Shown one piece after another: positions 20,771 to 32,316 of a stretch of DNA of 64,000 nucleotides. The notes below the pieces were generated by a model that was given only the letters and a program-made list of their open reading frames with translations, was not told the origin of the DNA and did not search any database. The stretch is taken from NCBI GenBank assembly GCA_023953615.1, contig JAMLJH010000002.1, positions 1,318,375 to 1,382,374 of the forward strand, in the 5' to 3' direction. Position numbers and translations under genes: made by a program. This DNA is from Verrucomicrobiia bacterium (GTDB lineage: Bacteria > Verrucomicrobiota > Verrucomicrobiia > Limisphaerales > JADLHS01). The number at the start of each line of letters is the position of its first letter. Position 1 is the first letter of the stretch.

Positions 20771-21160
20771 TTAATGGTTCGGGCGACCGATCCGCACGCG
20801 CCAAACTTGCGGACCTTGTTCCTCGTAAGTCCACGTTACCTGGCCCGCGTGTTCCGCTTCGAATTGGTAACGCAACGGACGCGGATCGTGATCGTTCACC
20901 AACACGAATGATTGTCCCGGTTGCAGCCGACGGTAGGTATCGAAAATCAGCGAATGCCGCTGAATCGGCGGCAGCGAACGCACGTCCAGATCGCCATTAA
21001 CGAGGGCATTGGTCAGCGCGGTTTCCACCGTATCCATGGTGACGGGAGCGGTGGTGGTGCCGCTGCAACAATTCGAAGTCCGGTCAGAAGTAATTTTAGT
21101 GCTCATAGTTTTTTCAATTGATTCGATGCCGTTCGCGCCACTGGCGCAAACCAGCTTCAC
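20771..21160 (-). CDS. DUF2249 domain-containing protein
   Basis: LDVRSLPPIQRHSLIFDTYRRLQPGQSFVLVNDHDPRPLRYQFEAEHAGQVTWTYEEQGPQVWRVRIGR matches the DUF2249 pattern. The start may instead be the internal ATG at 21106 (MSTKIT...). Confidence 0.7.
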   Translation of the reverse strand: MKLVCASGANGIESIEKTMSTKITSDRTSNCCSGTTTAPVTMDTVETALTNALVNGDLDVRSLPPIQRHSLIFDTYRRLQPGQSFVLVNDHDPRPLRYQFEAEHAGQVTWTYEEQGPQVWRVRIGRPNH

Positions 21161-21263
21161 CTTAAAACCCTGGTTACTTCCATTAGTCCAAACTCCGCGT
21201 TAGTCAAAATTATTTCACACAAGCCAACGCGGCTCTTCCGTTTCCAACCCAGAACCAGCGTCA

Positions 21264-22190
21264 TTAAAACAACACGCTTTGCACAAAGGAATGTAGTGGC
21301 TCGGGAATGACGCGATTACGCCGCACCACGACGGCCAGGTCGCGACTGAAACGCGGACGAAACGCGAGCCGCCGCACCACGCGACGGTTGCCGTAGAGCG
21401 CCAAAACGCGATGCGGAACCAGACTCACGCCGAAGCCCAGGGAAACCAGATTCACAATGACATCGAAGCTGTCCAGCTCCATGGCGGGTTCAATCGGCCA
21501 GCGTTGCGACAACAGCCAATCGTGCAGCCGCCGACCGGTGAAACCCTGCCGATCAATCAACAACCAGCGTTGCGCCGCGAGCAATTTTTTAAGTTGCTTG
21601 AGCGTCACGCTGGCCGTTTCAGGTTGCTGGGAGAATTGTGGCGGCGCGATTGCGGTGAATTCGTCCTTGAAGCGGTGAGTGACCTGGAGCAGCGGCGACA
21701 AACGGCGGGGCGGGCAGACCAGTCCGGCGTCCAGGTTTCCCGTTTCCAGTGAGGTTAGAATTTCGCGACTGGTTTGCAGGGTGACTTGTAATTGAACCTC
21801 CGGATGCCGCCGTTGGAAGGCGAAAAAATAACCGGGCAGATAGGCCAGCCCGATGCTGCGCGCCACCCCGACGCGCAACGTGGAAGAAAGCTGTCCCACC
21901 GTTCGCTGCACGTCCTCCAGCAACTCGCTGGTGGCTTGCAGAATGGTCTTCGATTTCTCACGCAATAACTGACCGGCGCGCGTCAGACAAACCCGGCGAG
22001 TGGTGCGCTCGAACAAAGTTACCCCCAAGCGCTCTTCGACGCCGTGAATCTGCCGGGTGATGGCGCTCTGCGTCAGCCCGGCCCGTTCGGCCGCGCGGGT
22101 GAACGATCCGGTTTCCGCGACCAGTTGGAACAGAGTGAGTTCGTATAAATCGAACGGTGTCGTCGCCAGAAATTGATTCATAAATTGCAT
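21264..22190 (-). CDS. LysR family transcriptional regulator
   Basis: The N-terminal HTH LTLFQLVAETGSFTRAAERAGLTQSAITRQIHGVEERLGVTLFERTTRR begins shortly after the ATG at 22190 (MQFMNQF). The ORF-track extension to 22382 is unlikely. Divergent from the ferredoxin gene. Confidence 0.8.
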   Translation of the reverse strand: MQFMNQFLATTPFDLYELTLFQLVAETGSFTRAAERAGLTQSAITRQIHGVEERLGVTLFERTTRRVCLTRAGQLLREKSKTILQATSELLEDVQRTVGQLSSTLRVGVARSIGLAYLPGYFFAFQRRHPEVQLQVTLQTSREILTSLETGNLDAGLVCPPRRLSPLLQVTHRFKDEFTAIAPPQFSQQPETASVTLKQLKKLLAAQRWLLIDRQGFTGRRLHDWLLSQRWPIEPAMELDSFDVIVNLVSLGFGVSLVPHRVLALYGNRRVVRRLAFRPRFSRDLAVVVRRNRVIPEPLHSFVQSVLF

Positions 22191-22314
22191 TGAACTATAA
22201 ACAATAATGAATTTCGCGCAATAGAGCGTTACGGGTAATCTACGCTCGAAAGGTGGAGCGCCGCTGGCTTGAACAGCATGACGGCCCTCGCCAAAACAAT
22301 TGAAAGGATCTGAT

Positions 22315-22608
22315 ATGGCTGACCACACCCAGCGATTACCGCAAAATGTGCCAGGACTTTGGTACGTGGATTCGAATTGCATTGATTGCGATTTATGCCG
22401 GGAGACCGCGCCGAGCGTCTTTCGTCGCGATGACGAGAACGGAAATAGTTACGTGTTCCACCAACCGGAAACCGAGGAAGAAATCCGGCAAGCGATCGAA
22501 GCCCTGTCTGGCTGCCCCGTCGAGGCCATTGGCAACGACAATCCTGTCGTCACACCCGCCGCAACTACCGCCAGCCCCGCCGCGGCCACCCCGCCGCAAC
22601 AAACTTAA
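22315..22608 (+). CDS. Ferredoxin (single-cluster 4Fe-4S/3Fe-4S type) with Pro/Ala-rich tail
   Basis: MADHTQRLPQNVPGLWYVDSNCIDCDLCRETAPSVF...LSGCPVEAI. The ATG at 22315 is preceded by AAAGGA. Confidence 0.7.
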   Translation: MADHTQRLPQNVPGLWYVDSNCIDCDLCRETAPSVFRRDDENGNSYVFHQPETEEEIRQAIEALSGCPVEAIGNDNPVVTPAATTASPAAATPPQQT

Positions 22609-22809
22609 CGCGATGCCGTCAGGCATCTTTGTTTGAAGCCACGACCGTAGCTCCTGATCGCTCGGCGCGCTTCCATCGTTCCTCACCATGCCGAACCACC
22701 ACGCGTTTGGTCTGTCGGCGTTCGGATCATGAAATTAGTATGGCGGTAACGCGTCGGCTTCTTTAAGCTGCGCGCCGGTCTATTGGTAAACATGCCTGAC
22801 CGCCTCTAG

Positions 22810-24180
<1,371 letters not shown>

Positions 24181-24357
24181 TTCGCGCGTAATTCAATCGC
24201 GCCAGCCGGCTCCGGCCAGTGCCAGACAAGGCGGTGTCACCGTGGAAACAAGACGGTTTCACGGGCCGGTTTGAGCGCGTCATCCGGGGGCGAGTTGACG
24301 TCATGGAGTTATCTATGGCACTATCAATCGTTCATTTAGATTAAGTGAAATGAAATA

Positions 24358-25434
24358 ATGGAAGCTTTGCTTGAAACCAAGACGTTGGCCGCTGCGAAAA
24401 TCAATCACGGGCTGACCGCCGAGAAAAAAATCCACTTCCTCCGTCAAATGCTGCGCATCCGCCGGTTCGAACAAACGGCGCTCAAGCAATACCAGACCAG
24501 TGGCCAAATCGGCGGCTTCCTGCACCTCTACTCCGGACAAGAATCCGTCGCGGTGGGCACCCTTTCCCTGTGCGGCGAAAATGATCATGTCATTGCCGGT
24601 TATCGCATGCACGGCCACGCCCTGACCGCCGGCATGAGCATGAACGAGTGCATGGCCGAGCTGTTCGGTCGCGCCACGGGTTGCTCCAAGGGCAAAGGCG
24701 GTTCGATGCACTTCTTTGCGCCCGACAAAAATTTCTGGGGCGGACACGGAATCGTGGGAGGACAGACGCCACTCGGGCTGGGTTTGGCGTTTGGGCTGAA
24801 ATACAAAGGATTGAAAGGTTGCTGCCTCTGCTTCTTGGGTGATGGCGCGGTGAATCAGGGCGCGTACCACGAATCGCTCAACTTGGCCGCACTTTGGGAT
24901 TTGCCGGTCATTTACATTATTGAAAACAACCAGTACTCGATGGGCACGAGCCTGGAACGCTCCTCCGCTTTCTCCAAATGCCTGGCCGCCCGCGCCGAAG
25001 CCTACGACATCGTCTGGGATCACGTCAGCGGCGAGGACCTTTACGAAGTGCGCGCCAAAACTTGGACGGCCATTCAACGGGCGCACACCGAGAGCCGTCC
25101 CACCGTTTTGGAAATTGCCACCTACCGCTACTTCGGACATTCCGTTTCCGATGCGAACGCCAAAAAATATCGTCGCCCGGAAGAGATTGAAAAATACCGC
25201 ACGCTTCACGATCCGATTCAGCTCTGGCAAAAGCGCCTGTTGGAAGAAGAGGTTTTAACCGAAGCGCAAGCCACCGAACTGGACGCCGCCGCCGCTGCGG
25301 AAGCGGAGGAAGCGGTACGCTTCGCGAAGGAGAGTCCGATCCCCAACCCGGCCGACATTTTCTCCGATGTTTATAGCGAGGTAGATCGCCAAACCGCTGC
25401 CGGTCAAACCGGAAAATTCTTCTTCAACGATTAA
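24358..25434 (+). CDS. pdhA: Pyruvate dehydrogenase E1 component, alpha subunit
   Basis: TPP-binding region LGDGAVNQGAYHESLNLAALWDLPVIYIIENNQYSMGT and the TYRYFGHSVSD motif. First gene of the E1a-E1b-E2-E3 operon. Confidence 0.85.
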   Translation: MEALLETKTLAAAKINHGLTAEKKIHFLRQMLRIRRFEQTALKQYQTSGQIGGFLHLYSGQESVAVGTLSLCGENDHVIAGYRMHGHALTAGMSMNECMAELFGRATGCSKGKGGSMHFFAPDKNFWGGHGIVGGQTPLGLGLAFGLKYKGLKGCCLCFLGDGAVNQGAYHESLNLAALWDLPVIYIIENNQYSMGTSLERSSAFSKCLAARAEAYDIVWDHVSGEDLYEVRAKTWTAIQRAHTESRPTVLEIATYRYFGHSVSDANAKKYRRPEEIEKYRTLHDPIQLWQKRLLEEEVLTEAQATELDAAAAAEAEEAVRFAKESPIPNPADIFSDVYSEVDRQTAAGQTGKFFFND

Positions 25435-25452
25435 CCCGTACCTTCGCTGTTT

Positions 25453-26427
25453 ATGCCCGTCATTACTTACCGCAAAGCATTAAACGACGCCTTGGCCGAG
25501 GAACTGACCCGCGACGAAAATGTCGTCATTCTCGGCGAGGAAGTGGCCCAATACAACGGCGCTTACAAGGTGACCGAGGGGCTGTGGAAGCGCTTCGGAG
25601 ACAAGCGCGTTTGGGACACGCCGATCAGCGAAGCGGCCTTTGTGGGATTGGGCGTCGGCGCTTCCATGATGGGATTGCGACCCGTGGTGGAATTGATGTT
25701 CTGGAGCTTTGCGTTTGTTGCTTACGATCAGGTGGTCAACAACGCTGGTTGCATTCGTTATATGTCCGGCGGCTTGGTGAATCTGCCGATGGTGATTCGC
25801 GGTCCGGCCAACGGCGGCACGAACGTCGGCGCCACGCACTCGCACACTCCCGAAAGCATCCTCGCGCATAATCCCGGCATCAAAGTAGTTTGTCCGGCTA
25901 CGGCCTATGACGCCAAAGGTTTGATGAAGACGGCGATTCGAGATGACGATCCCGTTTTCGTCATGGAAAATACCCTGCTTTACGGTGAAACGTGGGAGGT
26001 GCCGGAGGAAGAATACCTGATTCCACTCGGAGTCGCCGATGTGAAACGCGAAGGCGCGGATGTCTCACTGATTGCCCACGGTCGCGCCACAATTACCAGT
26101 CTCAAAGCGGCCGAGTTGCTGGCTCAAGAACATAACATTCATGCGGAAGTGGTGGACCTCCGCTCGATTCGTCCGCTCGATGAAGACGCAATTTTGCGTT
26201 CCGTGCGCAAGACGCACCGCGCCGTGTTGGTGGATGAAAACAAGCCGTTCTGTGCGGTTAGCGCCCAAATCGCCACGATCATTCAACAGAAAGCATTTGA
26301 TGATCTGGATGCGCCGGTGCTGCGCGTTTGCTCGCTGGACGCGCCGGCCATTTACAGTCCGCGTCTCGAGAAACTTCAGTTGCCCACTCCCGAACGCGTG
26401 GTGGAAAAAGTTTTAAGCCTCGTCTGA
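25453..26427 (+). CDS. pdhB: Pyruvate dehydrogenase E1 component, beta subunit
   Basis: 324 aa. Contains GEEVAQYNGAYKVTEGL and DTPISEAAFVGLGVGASMMGLRP, typical of E1 beta. Confidence 0.85.
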   Translation: MPVITYRKALNDALAEELTRDENVVILGEEVAQYNGAYKVTEGLWKRFGDKRVWDTPISEAAFVGLGVGASMMGLRPVVELMFWSFAFVAYDQVVNNAGCIRYMSGGLVNLPMVIRGPANGGTNVGATHSHTPESILAHNPGIKVVCPATAYDAKGLMKTAIRDDDPVFVMENTLLYGETWEVPEEEYLIPLGVADVKREGADVSLIAHGRATITSLKAAELLAQEHNIHAEVVDLRSIRPLDEDAILRSVRKTHRAVLVDENKPFCAVSAQIATIIQQKAFDDLDAPVLRVCSLDAPAIYSPRLEKLQLPTPERVVEKVLSLV

Positions 26428-26434
26428 TCCGACT

Positions 26435-27670
26435 ATGCCCTACGTTGAAATGCCCAAATTAAGCGACACGATGACCGAAGGTACGTTGGTCAAGTGGCGC
26501 AAAGCCATCGGCGACAAGATAAGTGTTGGCGACGTGTTGGCCGAAGTTGAAACCGACAAAGCCGTGATGGAACTGGAGGCGTTTGATGAAGGCACGCTCA
26601 AGGAAATTTATGTTCCGGACGGCGGCAAAGCTCTGGTCGGCGCCAATCTGGCTCTACTGTTGGGCGCGGGAGAAGCCGCACCCACAAAGGACGCCAAACC
26701 GGCCGCCGCCAAACCAGCGGTCACCCCGACTACCGGTTCTGAAAAACCGACGGCAACTCCTGGTGAAGCGAAAGCGCCCGTTGCGGCTTCCAGCGGCGGA
26801 CGAGTCAAGGCCTCACCATTGGCGAAGAAAATCGCCACGGCCAAAGGACTTGATCTGAGCGCCATCCGCGGGTCAGGTCCCGGCGGACGAATCGTGGCGC
26901 GTGATATCGAATCTCAACCGGGCGGTACCGCTGCGCGTTCCGTCGCACCGACGATTTCCGCCGCGCCCGCCGGCAAGGGCGATCGCCGCATTGCGCTGAC
27001 GGGTATGCGCAAAATCATTGCCGAGCGTTTGCTCGCCAGCAAAACGCAGATTCCGCATTTTTATCTCAACATTGAGATTGATGCGGGTGAACTGCTGAAG
27101 TTGCGCGCGCAGACCAACGCCCATTTCGAGCAGTTGGGATTGGGCAAGCTGACCATCAACGATTTCATTTTGAAGGCGGTGGCCATGGCCGCCGCGCGCG
27201 TTCCGCGCGTCAACGCCTCGTTCGCCGGCGATGCCGTTATTGAATATGGCGACGTGCATTTGTCGGTGGCCGTGGCCGTCGAGGACGGTTTGGTAACCCC
27301 GGTGATCCGTCAGGCGCAGACCAAATCGCTGCGGGAAATCAGCGACACGGTGAAGGATCTGGCGTCGCGGGCCCGCAACAAGAAATTGAAACCGGAGGAA
27401 TATCAGGGCGGCACCCTCACCGTTTCCAATCTCGGCAGCTACGGTATTGAAAGCTTTTCCGCCGTGATCAACCCGCCGCAGGCCATGATTCTGGCCATTG
27501 GCGCGATTGTAAAAAAACCGGTGGTGAACGCGAACGACGAAGTGGTTGTCGGCCAGCGTATGGCCATCGGTTTAAGCGCCGATCATCGCGTGGTGGACGG
27601 CGCGGTCGGTGCGCAATACCTGGCCGAACTGCGTCAGTTGCTGGAAAATCCCGTGTGGATGCTGTTCTAA
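26435..27670 (+). CDS. pdhC: Dihydrolipoamide acetyltransferase (E2)
   Basis: N-terminal lipoyl domain (EVETDKAVMELEA), an Ala/Pro linker, an E3-binding domain (ASPLAKKIA) and the catalytic DHRVVDGA motif. Confidence 0.85.
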   Translation: MPYVEMPKLSDTMTEGTLVKWRKAIGDKISVGDVLAEVETDKAVMELEAFDEGTLKEIYVPDGGKALVGANLALLLGAGEAAPTKDAKPAAAKPAVTPTTGSEKPTATPGEAKAPVAASSGGRVKASPLAKKIATAKGLDLSAIRGSGPGGRIVARDIESQPGGTAARSVAPTISAAPAGKGDRRIALTGMRKIIAERLLASKTQIPHFYLNIEIDAGELLKLRAQTNAHFEQLGLGKLTINDFILKAVAMAAARVPRVNASFAGDAVIEYGDVHLSVAVAVEDGLVTPVIRQAQTKSLREISDTVKDLASRARNKKLKPEEYQGGTLTVSNLGSYGIESFSAVINPPQAMILAIGAIVKKPVVNANDEVVVGQRMAIGLSADHRVVDGAVGAQYLAELRQLLENPVWMLF

Positions 27671-27685
27671 AGCCTTGCTGAATTT

Positions 27686-29062
27686 ATGAGTTACGATCTG
27701 ATTGTCATTGGTGGCGGCCCGGCGGGTTACGTCGCGGCCATTCGCGCGGCGCAACTGGGTAAAAAAGTGGCCTGCGTGGAAAAAGAGCGCGCGGGCGGCA
27801 CCTGTTTGAACTGGGGTTGCATCCCCACCAAATCGCTGCTGCGCAACGCCGAGCTTTACCACCTGATGCAGCATCGCGCCGAAGAATTCGGACTGAGCTT
27901 CGATAATCTGCGCTACGACTGGAAAAAGGTGATCAAGCGCTCCCGCGACGTGGCGGATAAGAATGCGGCCGGCATTGAGTATCTGTTCAAGAAAAACAAA
28001 GTGGATTACGTCCGGGGCGAAGGCTCCTTGGAACGGGCGGGCGTGGTGCAGGTAAAATCCTCCGACGGCAAAACTCAGAAGCTGGAAGGCGCAAAAGTGT
28101 TGCTGGCCACGGGCGTGGTATCCCGACCGATGCCGGGCTTTCCCTTCAATGGCAAAACCGTCATCGGCAGCCGTGAAGCGCTGGCACTGGAAAAGCAGCC
28201 CAAAGACATCATCATCATCGGCGCGGGCGCGATCGGTGTGGAGTTCGCCTACTTTTTCAACGCGTTCGGCACCAAGGTCACGCTGGTGGAAATGATGCCC
28301 AACCTGCTGCCGTTGGAAGACACCGAAGTTTCGCAAACGCTGGAGAAGGCTTTCGCTAAACAAGGCATCAACGTGCTGGCGGGCACCAAGGTGGTTAAAA
28401 CTGAAACGACGGCCAAAGGTGTGAAGATCACCGTTGAAGGCAAAAAATCGGAAACCTTGGAAGCGGAACTTTGCCTCGTCGCCATCGGAGTGCAACCGCT
28501 GCTGCCCGGCGGCCTGCCGGTCAAACTGACGCAGCGCGGTTACATCGAAACCGATGCGCGCTACCAAACCAGCGTTCCGGGCGTGTTCGCGGCGGGCGAC
28601 ATCACCGGCCCTCCTCTGCTGGCGCACACCGCCAGTTACGAAGCGATTCAAGCCGTGGAAGGCATGTTCACCAAGCATACGCCCAAGAAAATCAGCGCCT
28701 TCCCGAGCTGCACCTATTGCCAGCCGCAGGCGGCGAGCGTGGGGCTGACGGAACGCGCCGCCAAGGAACAAGGACTGAAATTCAAGGTGGGCAGATTCCC
28801 GTTCGCGGCGAGCGGCAAAGCTCGGGCCGTCGGCGCGGTGGATGGTTTCGTAAAGCTGATCTTCGGTGAACCGCACGGCGAATTGCTGGGCGCGCACATC
28901 GTCGGAGCGGAAGCCACGGAAATGATTGCCGAGTTGGGCCTTGCTCTGACACTCGAAGCAACGCACGAAGAAATCGAAGCGACCATTCATGCGCATCCGA
29001 CGCTGAGTGAAGCCGTGCATGAAGCCACCGGACAAGCGTTTAGTTCGGCCATTCACATTTGA
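27686..29062 (+). CDS. lpdA: Dihydrolipoyl dehydrogenase (E3)
   Basis: FAD motif VIGGGPAGYVAAIRAAQLG, redox-active disulfide GGTCLNWGCIPTK and C-terminal HAHPTLSE. Confidence 0.9.
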   Translation: MSYDLIVIGGGPAGYVAAIRAAQLGKKVACVEKERAGGTCLNWGCIPTKSLLRNAELYHLMQHRAEEFGLSFDNLRYDWKKVIKRSRDVADKNAAGIEYLFKKNKVDYVRGEGSLERAGVVQVKSSDGKTQKLEGAKVLLATGVVSRPMPGFPFNGKTVIGSREALALEKQPKDIIIIGAGAIGVEFAYFFNAFGTKVTLVEMMPNLLPLEDTEVSQTLEKAFAKQGINVLAGTKVVKTETTAKGVKITVEGKKSETLEAELCLVAIGVQPLLPGGLPVKLTQRGYIETDARYQTSVPGVFAAGDITGPPLLAHTASYEAIQAVEGMFTKHTPKKISAFPSCTYCQPQAASVGLTERAAKEQGLKFKVGRFPFAASGKARAVGAVDGFVKLIFGEPHGELLGAHIVGAEATEMIAELGLALTLEATHEEIEATIHAHPTLSEAVHEATGQAFSSAIHI

Positions 29063-29284
29063 TCGGCGTCAGCCGGGCGTCACGACGTCCGCCAACCGGT
29101 GGTGGCGTGATGGAGATCATAAGCGCGACGAGTTGGTTATCGTCTGATTGGTTTTAACTCAGACAAGGCCGCGCGATTGGTTTGGCGCGGAAGTTCTGAA
29201 TTTCCAAGCAAACCGCAAGCCACCGTTAAAAAAGCGCAAGCTACAGCAGGCATGCGCCTGGTTTTCAACCCATACTGACCCGGT

Positions 29285-30466
29285 ATGTTGTGCAAGAATT
29301 CCAAGCCGCAGATATCCCGGACCACTCCAACCGCAACCCAGACTCCGAGCAAAACTCGAATCGCGGGCATCACCTGCTTTGCGAAACTTCTGGCCCTGTG
29401 CTGTGGTGCGAGCTGCGCTCTGAGCGTCGTTGACGCAGCGACTTTGAATTTCCAACTGCTGACTTGGAACGATGCCGCGGCCACCGAGGCGTTGCCTTCT
29501 GCCGTCGGACTCAAACCCTCAGCGGGTTCCGGCGATTGGTTGCTGTTCACCAGCGACGACAATGTACTGCCGGCGGGCAACAACCAGCTCGGGGGACTCA
29601 GCCACAACCTGGTGGATCCGCCCGGCGTTGCGGGACCGAATGGCTTCGCTTTGGCCCCGTCACTTTCCGGTTCGCTCACACTTGAGCTGGAACCCGCCAG
29701 TGGCGCCAATTGGACCGCCACGGTAAAAGCGCTGGCGTACAATGGTCAGGCCAGCGCGATGATGGCCATGAATCAATTTTTGGTTGGACCGGACAGTCCC
29801 GCCACCGATAACGACCTTTTCAACGTGGATGGCCTCGGTAACTCCGGTTCTTGGCAGGCCAGTGCCAGCGCCAACTGGTCCATTGAATACGAAATTGATT
29901 TTTATTTTGCCACCAACGCAGACGGGGATCCCAGCCCGGACGATATTGACGCCACCTTCAATGACAAAAAGCAAACGGGCCACCTGATCCCGGTAAACCG
30001 CCTGACTGCCGATGGATTATCCGATGTTGCACTCACCGGCGCGACGGGCTTTTACAGTGGTGATCTGAAGGAATATCTGTTGACGCAAATTGCGCCACGG
30101 TTGCCGGGTAACGCCACTTATTTGCTGCTGACCCAGATGGAAAAAACTCATCCCGATTACGCCGAAACCGGCTTGCCCATCAGCACCGGCGGATTGGTCG
30201 GGAATATAACCTTTGCCTACAGCACGCAGACGCTGGCCGCACTGCCGAACATTCTTTCGCTGCGCTTTGAAGAGAGCCAACCCGTGATCCAATTCACCGG
30301 CAGCGCTGCCCAGGCGTATCAAATCCAACGGTCCAGCGATTTGATTTCGTGGGATACCATCACCACTCCAACCTTCACCTATCCGACATCCGAAACGGTG
30401 GAATGGACGGATGCGACTCCCGCTCCCGGTCAGCAATTTTACCGCGTCATTGCGTTAACTCCGTGA
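29285..30466 (+). CDS. Hypothetical secreted protein
   Basis: 393 aa. Hydrophobic signal-like segment ITCFAKLLALCCGASCALSVVDA and a C-terminal beta-sandwich-like tail (YQIQRSSDLISWDTI...QQFYRVIALTP). No family recognised. Confidence 0.45.
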   Translation: MLCKNSKPQISRTTPTATQTPSKTRIAGITCFAKLLALCCGASCALSVVDAATLNFQLLTWNDAAATEALPSAVGLKPSAGSGDWLLFTSDDNVLPAGNNQLGGLSHNLVDPPGVAGPNGFALAPSLSGSLTLELEPASGANWTATVKALAYNGQASAMMAMNQFLVGPDSPATDNDLFNVDGLGNSGSWQASASANWSIEYEIDFYFATNADGDPSPDDIDATFNDKKQTGHLIPVNRLTADGLSDVALTGATGFYSGDLKEYLLTQIAPRLPGNATYLLLTQMEKTHPDYAETGLPISTGGLVGNITFAYSTQTLAALPNILSLRFEESQPVIQFTGSAAQAYQIQRSSDLISWDTITTPTFTYPTSETVEWTDATPAPGQQFYRVIALTP

Positions 30467-31296
30467 AACCCGGTTTTGATCTCAATTCTCAAGCGCGACC
30501 AGATCGTCATGGGTTTACGTTGCTGGAACTGCTGATCGTCATCGGCATCATTGCCATCCTCGCGGGATTGATGTTGCCCGGCTTGGCGCAAGCGAAAGCG
30601 CGGGCGAGGCGGGTGCAGTGTCAGGGCAACCTTCGCCAGATTGGTCTCGGGGTGCTGATGTATGCCAATGACGCGCACAATCGGATGCCGCAAGCCAGCT
30701 CGCAAGAATTGGGCGGCCCCCAAGGCATTGTGCCCGACACCGACCCCTGGTTACCGGCGCGCATGTTTGGAGGTTCGCTGAGCGCCGATCAGCGTCCGTT
30801 GAATTCCTACCTCTCGAACGTAAAGGTCTTCAGTTCCTCATGCGATCGTGGTGAGCCGTTATGGTGGTTCGATACCGCTCCGTATCAAGCCAAAGCCACC
30901 TGTTACGAACTTTACGGGAGCAGTTATTTTTATGCGTCCGGCTACAATCGCATGGGCGGCGTCATTGCGCCCATGGGCATTGCCAAATTTGTCGGCCCGG
31001 AATTTTCTTATCACGATTTCGAATCCCGCCCCCTGCCGTTGGGTGAATCGTTGACCACGAGTTTCTATCGGCAACCATCGAAAAAAGTGGTTCTGGGTAG
31101 CATTCCCATTTATCGCACCATGAGCGGGGTGGTTGCCCTCAGTCCTCGCGCCCAATGGTACAAATCCGATCCAAGTCAACTGTGGGCCAACGCCTGGTTT
31201 CTTGATGGCCACTTCGAGTTCGTCAACGTCTTCGCGTACGGCGCGGGCTATGCCGGTGTGGATACCGTGCCTAATGAAGCGAATCCCTTCTACTGA
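30463..31296 (+). CDS. Prepilin-type N-terminal cleavage/methylation domain protein (pseudopilin-like)
   Basis: The GTG at 30463 overlaps the upstream stop (GTGA). Contains the HGFTLLELLIVIGIIAILAGLMLPGLAQAKA prepilin motif and a C-terminal FLDGHFEF (DGH) resembling DUF1559-type tails. Confidence 0.7.
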   Translation: MKPGFDLNSQARPDRHGFTLLELLIVIGIIAILAGLMLPGLAQAKARARRVQCQGNLRQIGLGVLMYANDAHNRMPQASSQELGGPQGIVPDTDPWLPARMFGGSLSADQRPLNSYLSNVKVFSSSCDRGEPLWWFDTAPYQAKATCYELYGSSYFYASGYNRMGGVIAPMGIAKFVGPEFSYHDFESRPLPLGESLTTSFYRQPSKKVVLGSIPIYRTMSGVVALSPRAQWYKSDPSQLWANAWFLDGHFEFVNVFAYGAGYAGVDTVPNEANPFY

Positions 31297-31326
31297 AGCC
31301 CGAGCCTTCCTCCGGGCGCGGCGGAC

Positions 31327-31713
31327 ATGAAAACTTGGGTTGCCATCGCGGTTGCGGTCGTTGCACTGGGCATCTGGGGAATCAGACTATGGCCGCGCTC
31401 CACGCCTTCGGAAAACGCGCTGCGGGATATCCAGGGGCTTGAAACCGTCGTGCTACGATTAGCGCCAACGAACGGTGGATCGTCCGTAACCTGTCGTCTG
31501 ACCAACCATCGTTCGCACCCGGCCGAACAAGTGGTGTTTCAAGTCGCGCTGCAACAAACCAACGGAACCATCCTGGCCGTTAATCCTCTCGCCAGTGCCG
31601 CCGCCATCATGCCGGGAGAAACCAGGGAAACGTCTGTATTCGTGCCCACGACGAACCGCTTATCCGACGTTATGGCGCGGGTTACCGTCAGTTTGGTGCG
31701 CTGGCAAAAATAG
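31327..31713 (+). CDS. Hypothetical N-terminally anchored small protein
   Basis: 128 aa. MKTWVAIAVAVVALGIWGI is a TM anchor. Tightly follows the pseudopilin gene. Confidence 0.4.
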   Translation: MKTWVAIAVAVVALGIWGIRLWPRSTPSENALRDIQGLETVVLRLAPTNGGSSVTCRLTNHRSHPAEQVVFQVALQQTNGTILAVNPLASAAAIMPGETRETSVFVPTTNRLSDVMARVTVSLVRWQK

Positions 31714-31731
31714 GTTCAGCCGCTCCGAGAC

Positions 31732-32271
31732 TTATGTCACCGGCGCGCTCGGGTAACATTCGAAGTGCAGCACTGCGCTCTTGGGATGCAATTTTTTAGG
31801 CCCAGGTTCCATCGCCGGATAACCGAGGCCCAGAATGGCGACCACCCGTTTGTTGGCCGGAATATCCAGAGCTTTGCGCACGTGATCCTCGCGGCGTGCG
31901 GATTCAGCGGCGTCTTCGGAATGATAAACCGCTCCCCAAGCCATCCCTAAACCTGCTTCCACCGCGGCCAGCCAGAGGAAGCCGCCCGCCAGCGTGGCGT
32001 CTTGCAGCCAGTATTTGCTCACGCTCGGATTGGCTACGATCACCACGCCCAGCGGCGCCGCCCGCAACCAAGCCATGTACGGGGTGGTTTCCGCCAAGAG
32101 GTCCAAGCGGCGGCGATCGCGCATGATGATGTATTCGCGCGAGATCGAGTTGTTGCCGGCTGGAGACAAGTGCAATGCGTGCGCCAGCGTTTGTACCGTC
32201 GCCTCGGGAATAACGGTCGGCTGAAAACGCGTAATCTCGCGTCGTCGCTCAATGGCTTCAATGACTTTCAT
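31732..32271 (-). CDS. Nitroreductase family protein
   Basis: MKVIEAIERRREITRFQP...LSPAGNNSISREYIIM...DATLAGGFLWLAAVEAGLGMAWG is typical of the nitroreductase fold. The ATG at 32271 is preferred over 32313. Confidence 0.7.
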   Translation of the reverse strand: MKVIEAIERRREITRFQPTVIPEATVQTLAHALHLSPAGNNSISREYIIMRDRRRLDLLAETTPYMAWLRAAPLGVVIVANPSVSKYWLQDATLAGGFLWLAAVEAGLGMAWGAVYHSEDAAESARREDHVRKALDIPANKRVVAILGLGYPAMEPGPKKLHPKSAVLHFECYPSAPVT

Positions 32272-32316
32272 GGTAAAACGAATCCGTTGGCACCGCGGCA
32301 CGTACTCACGCATCTC

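Noticed and set aside
27572-29056. 494-aa minus-strand ORF antisense to lpdA. The same applies to 24313..25230 antisense to pdhA, 23274..24191 overlapping gdhA out of frame, 36244..37266 antisense to def, and 11318..12334 overlapping the rhomboid gene
   Set aside because: All overlap strongly supported genes and have shadow-ORF composition.
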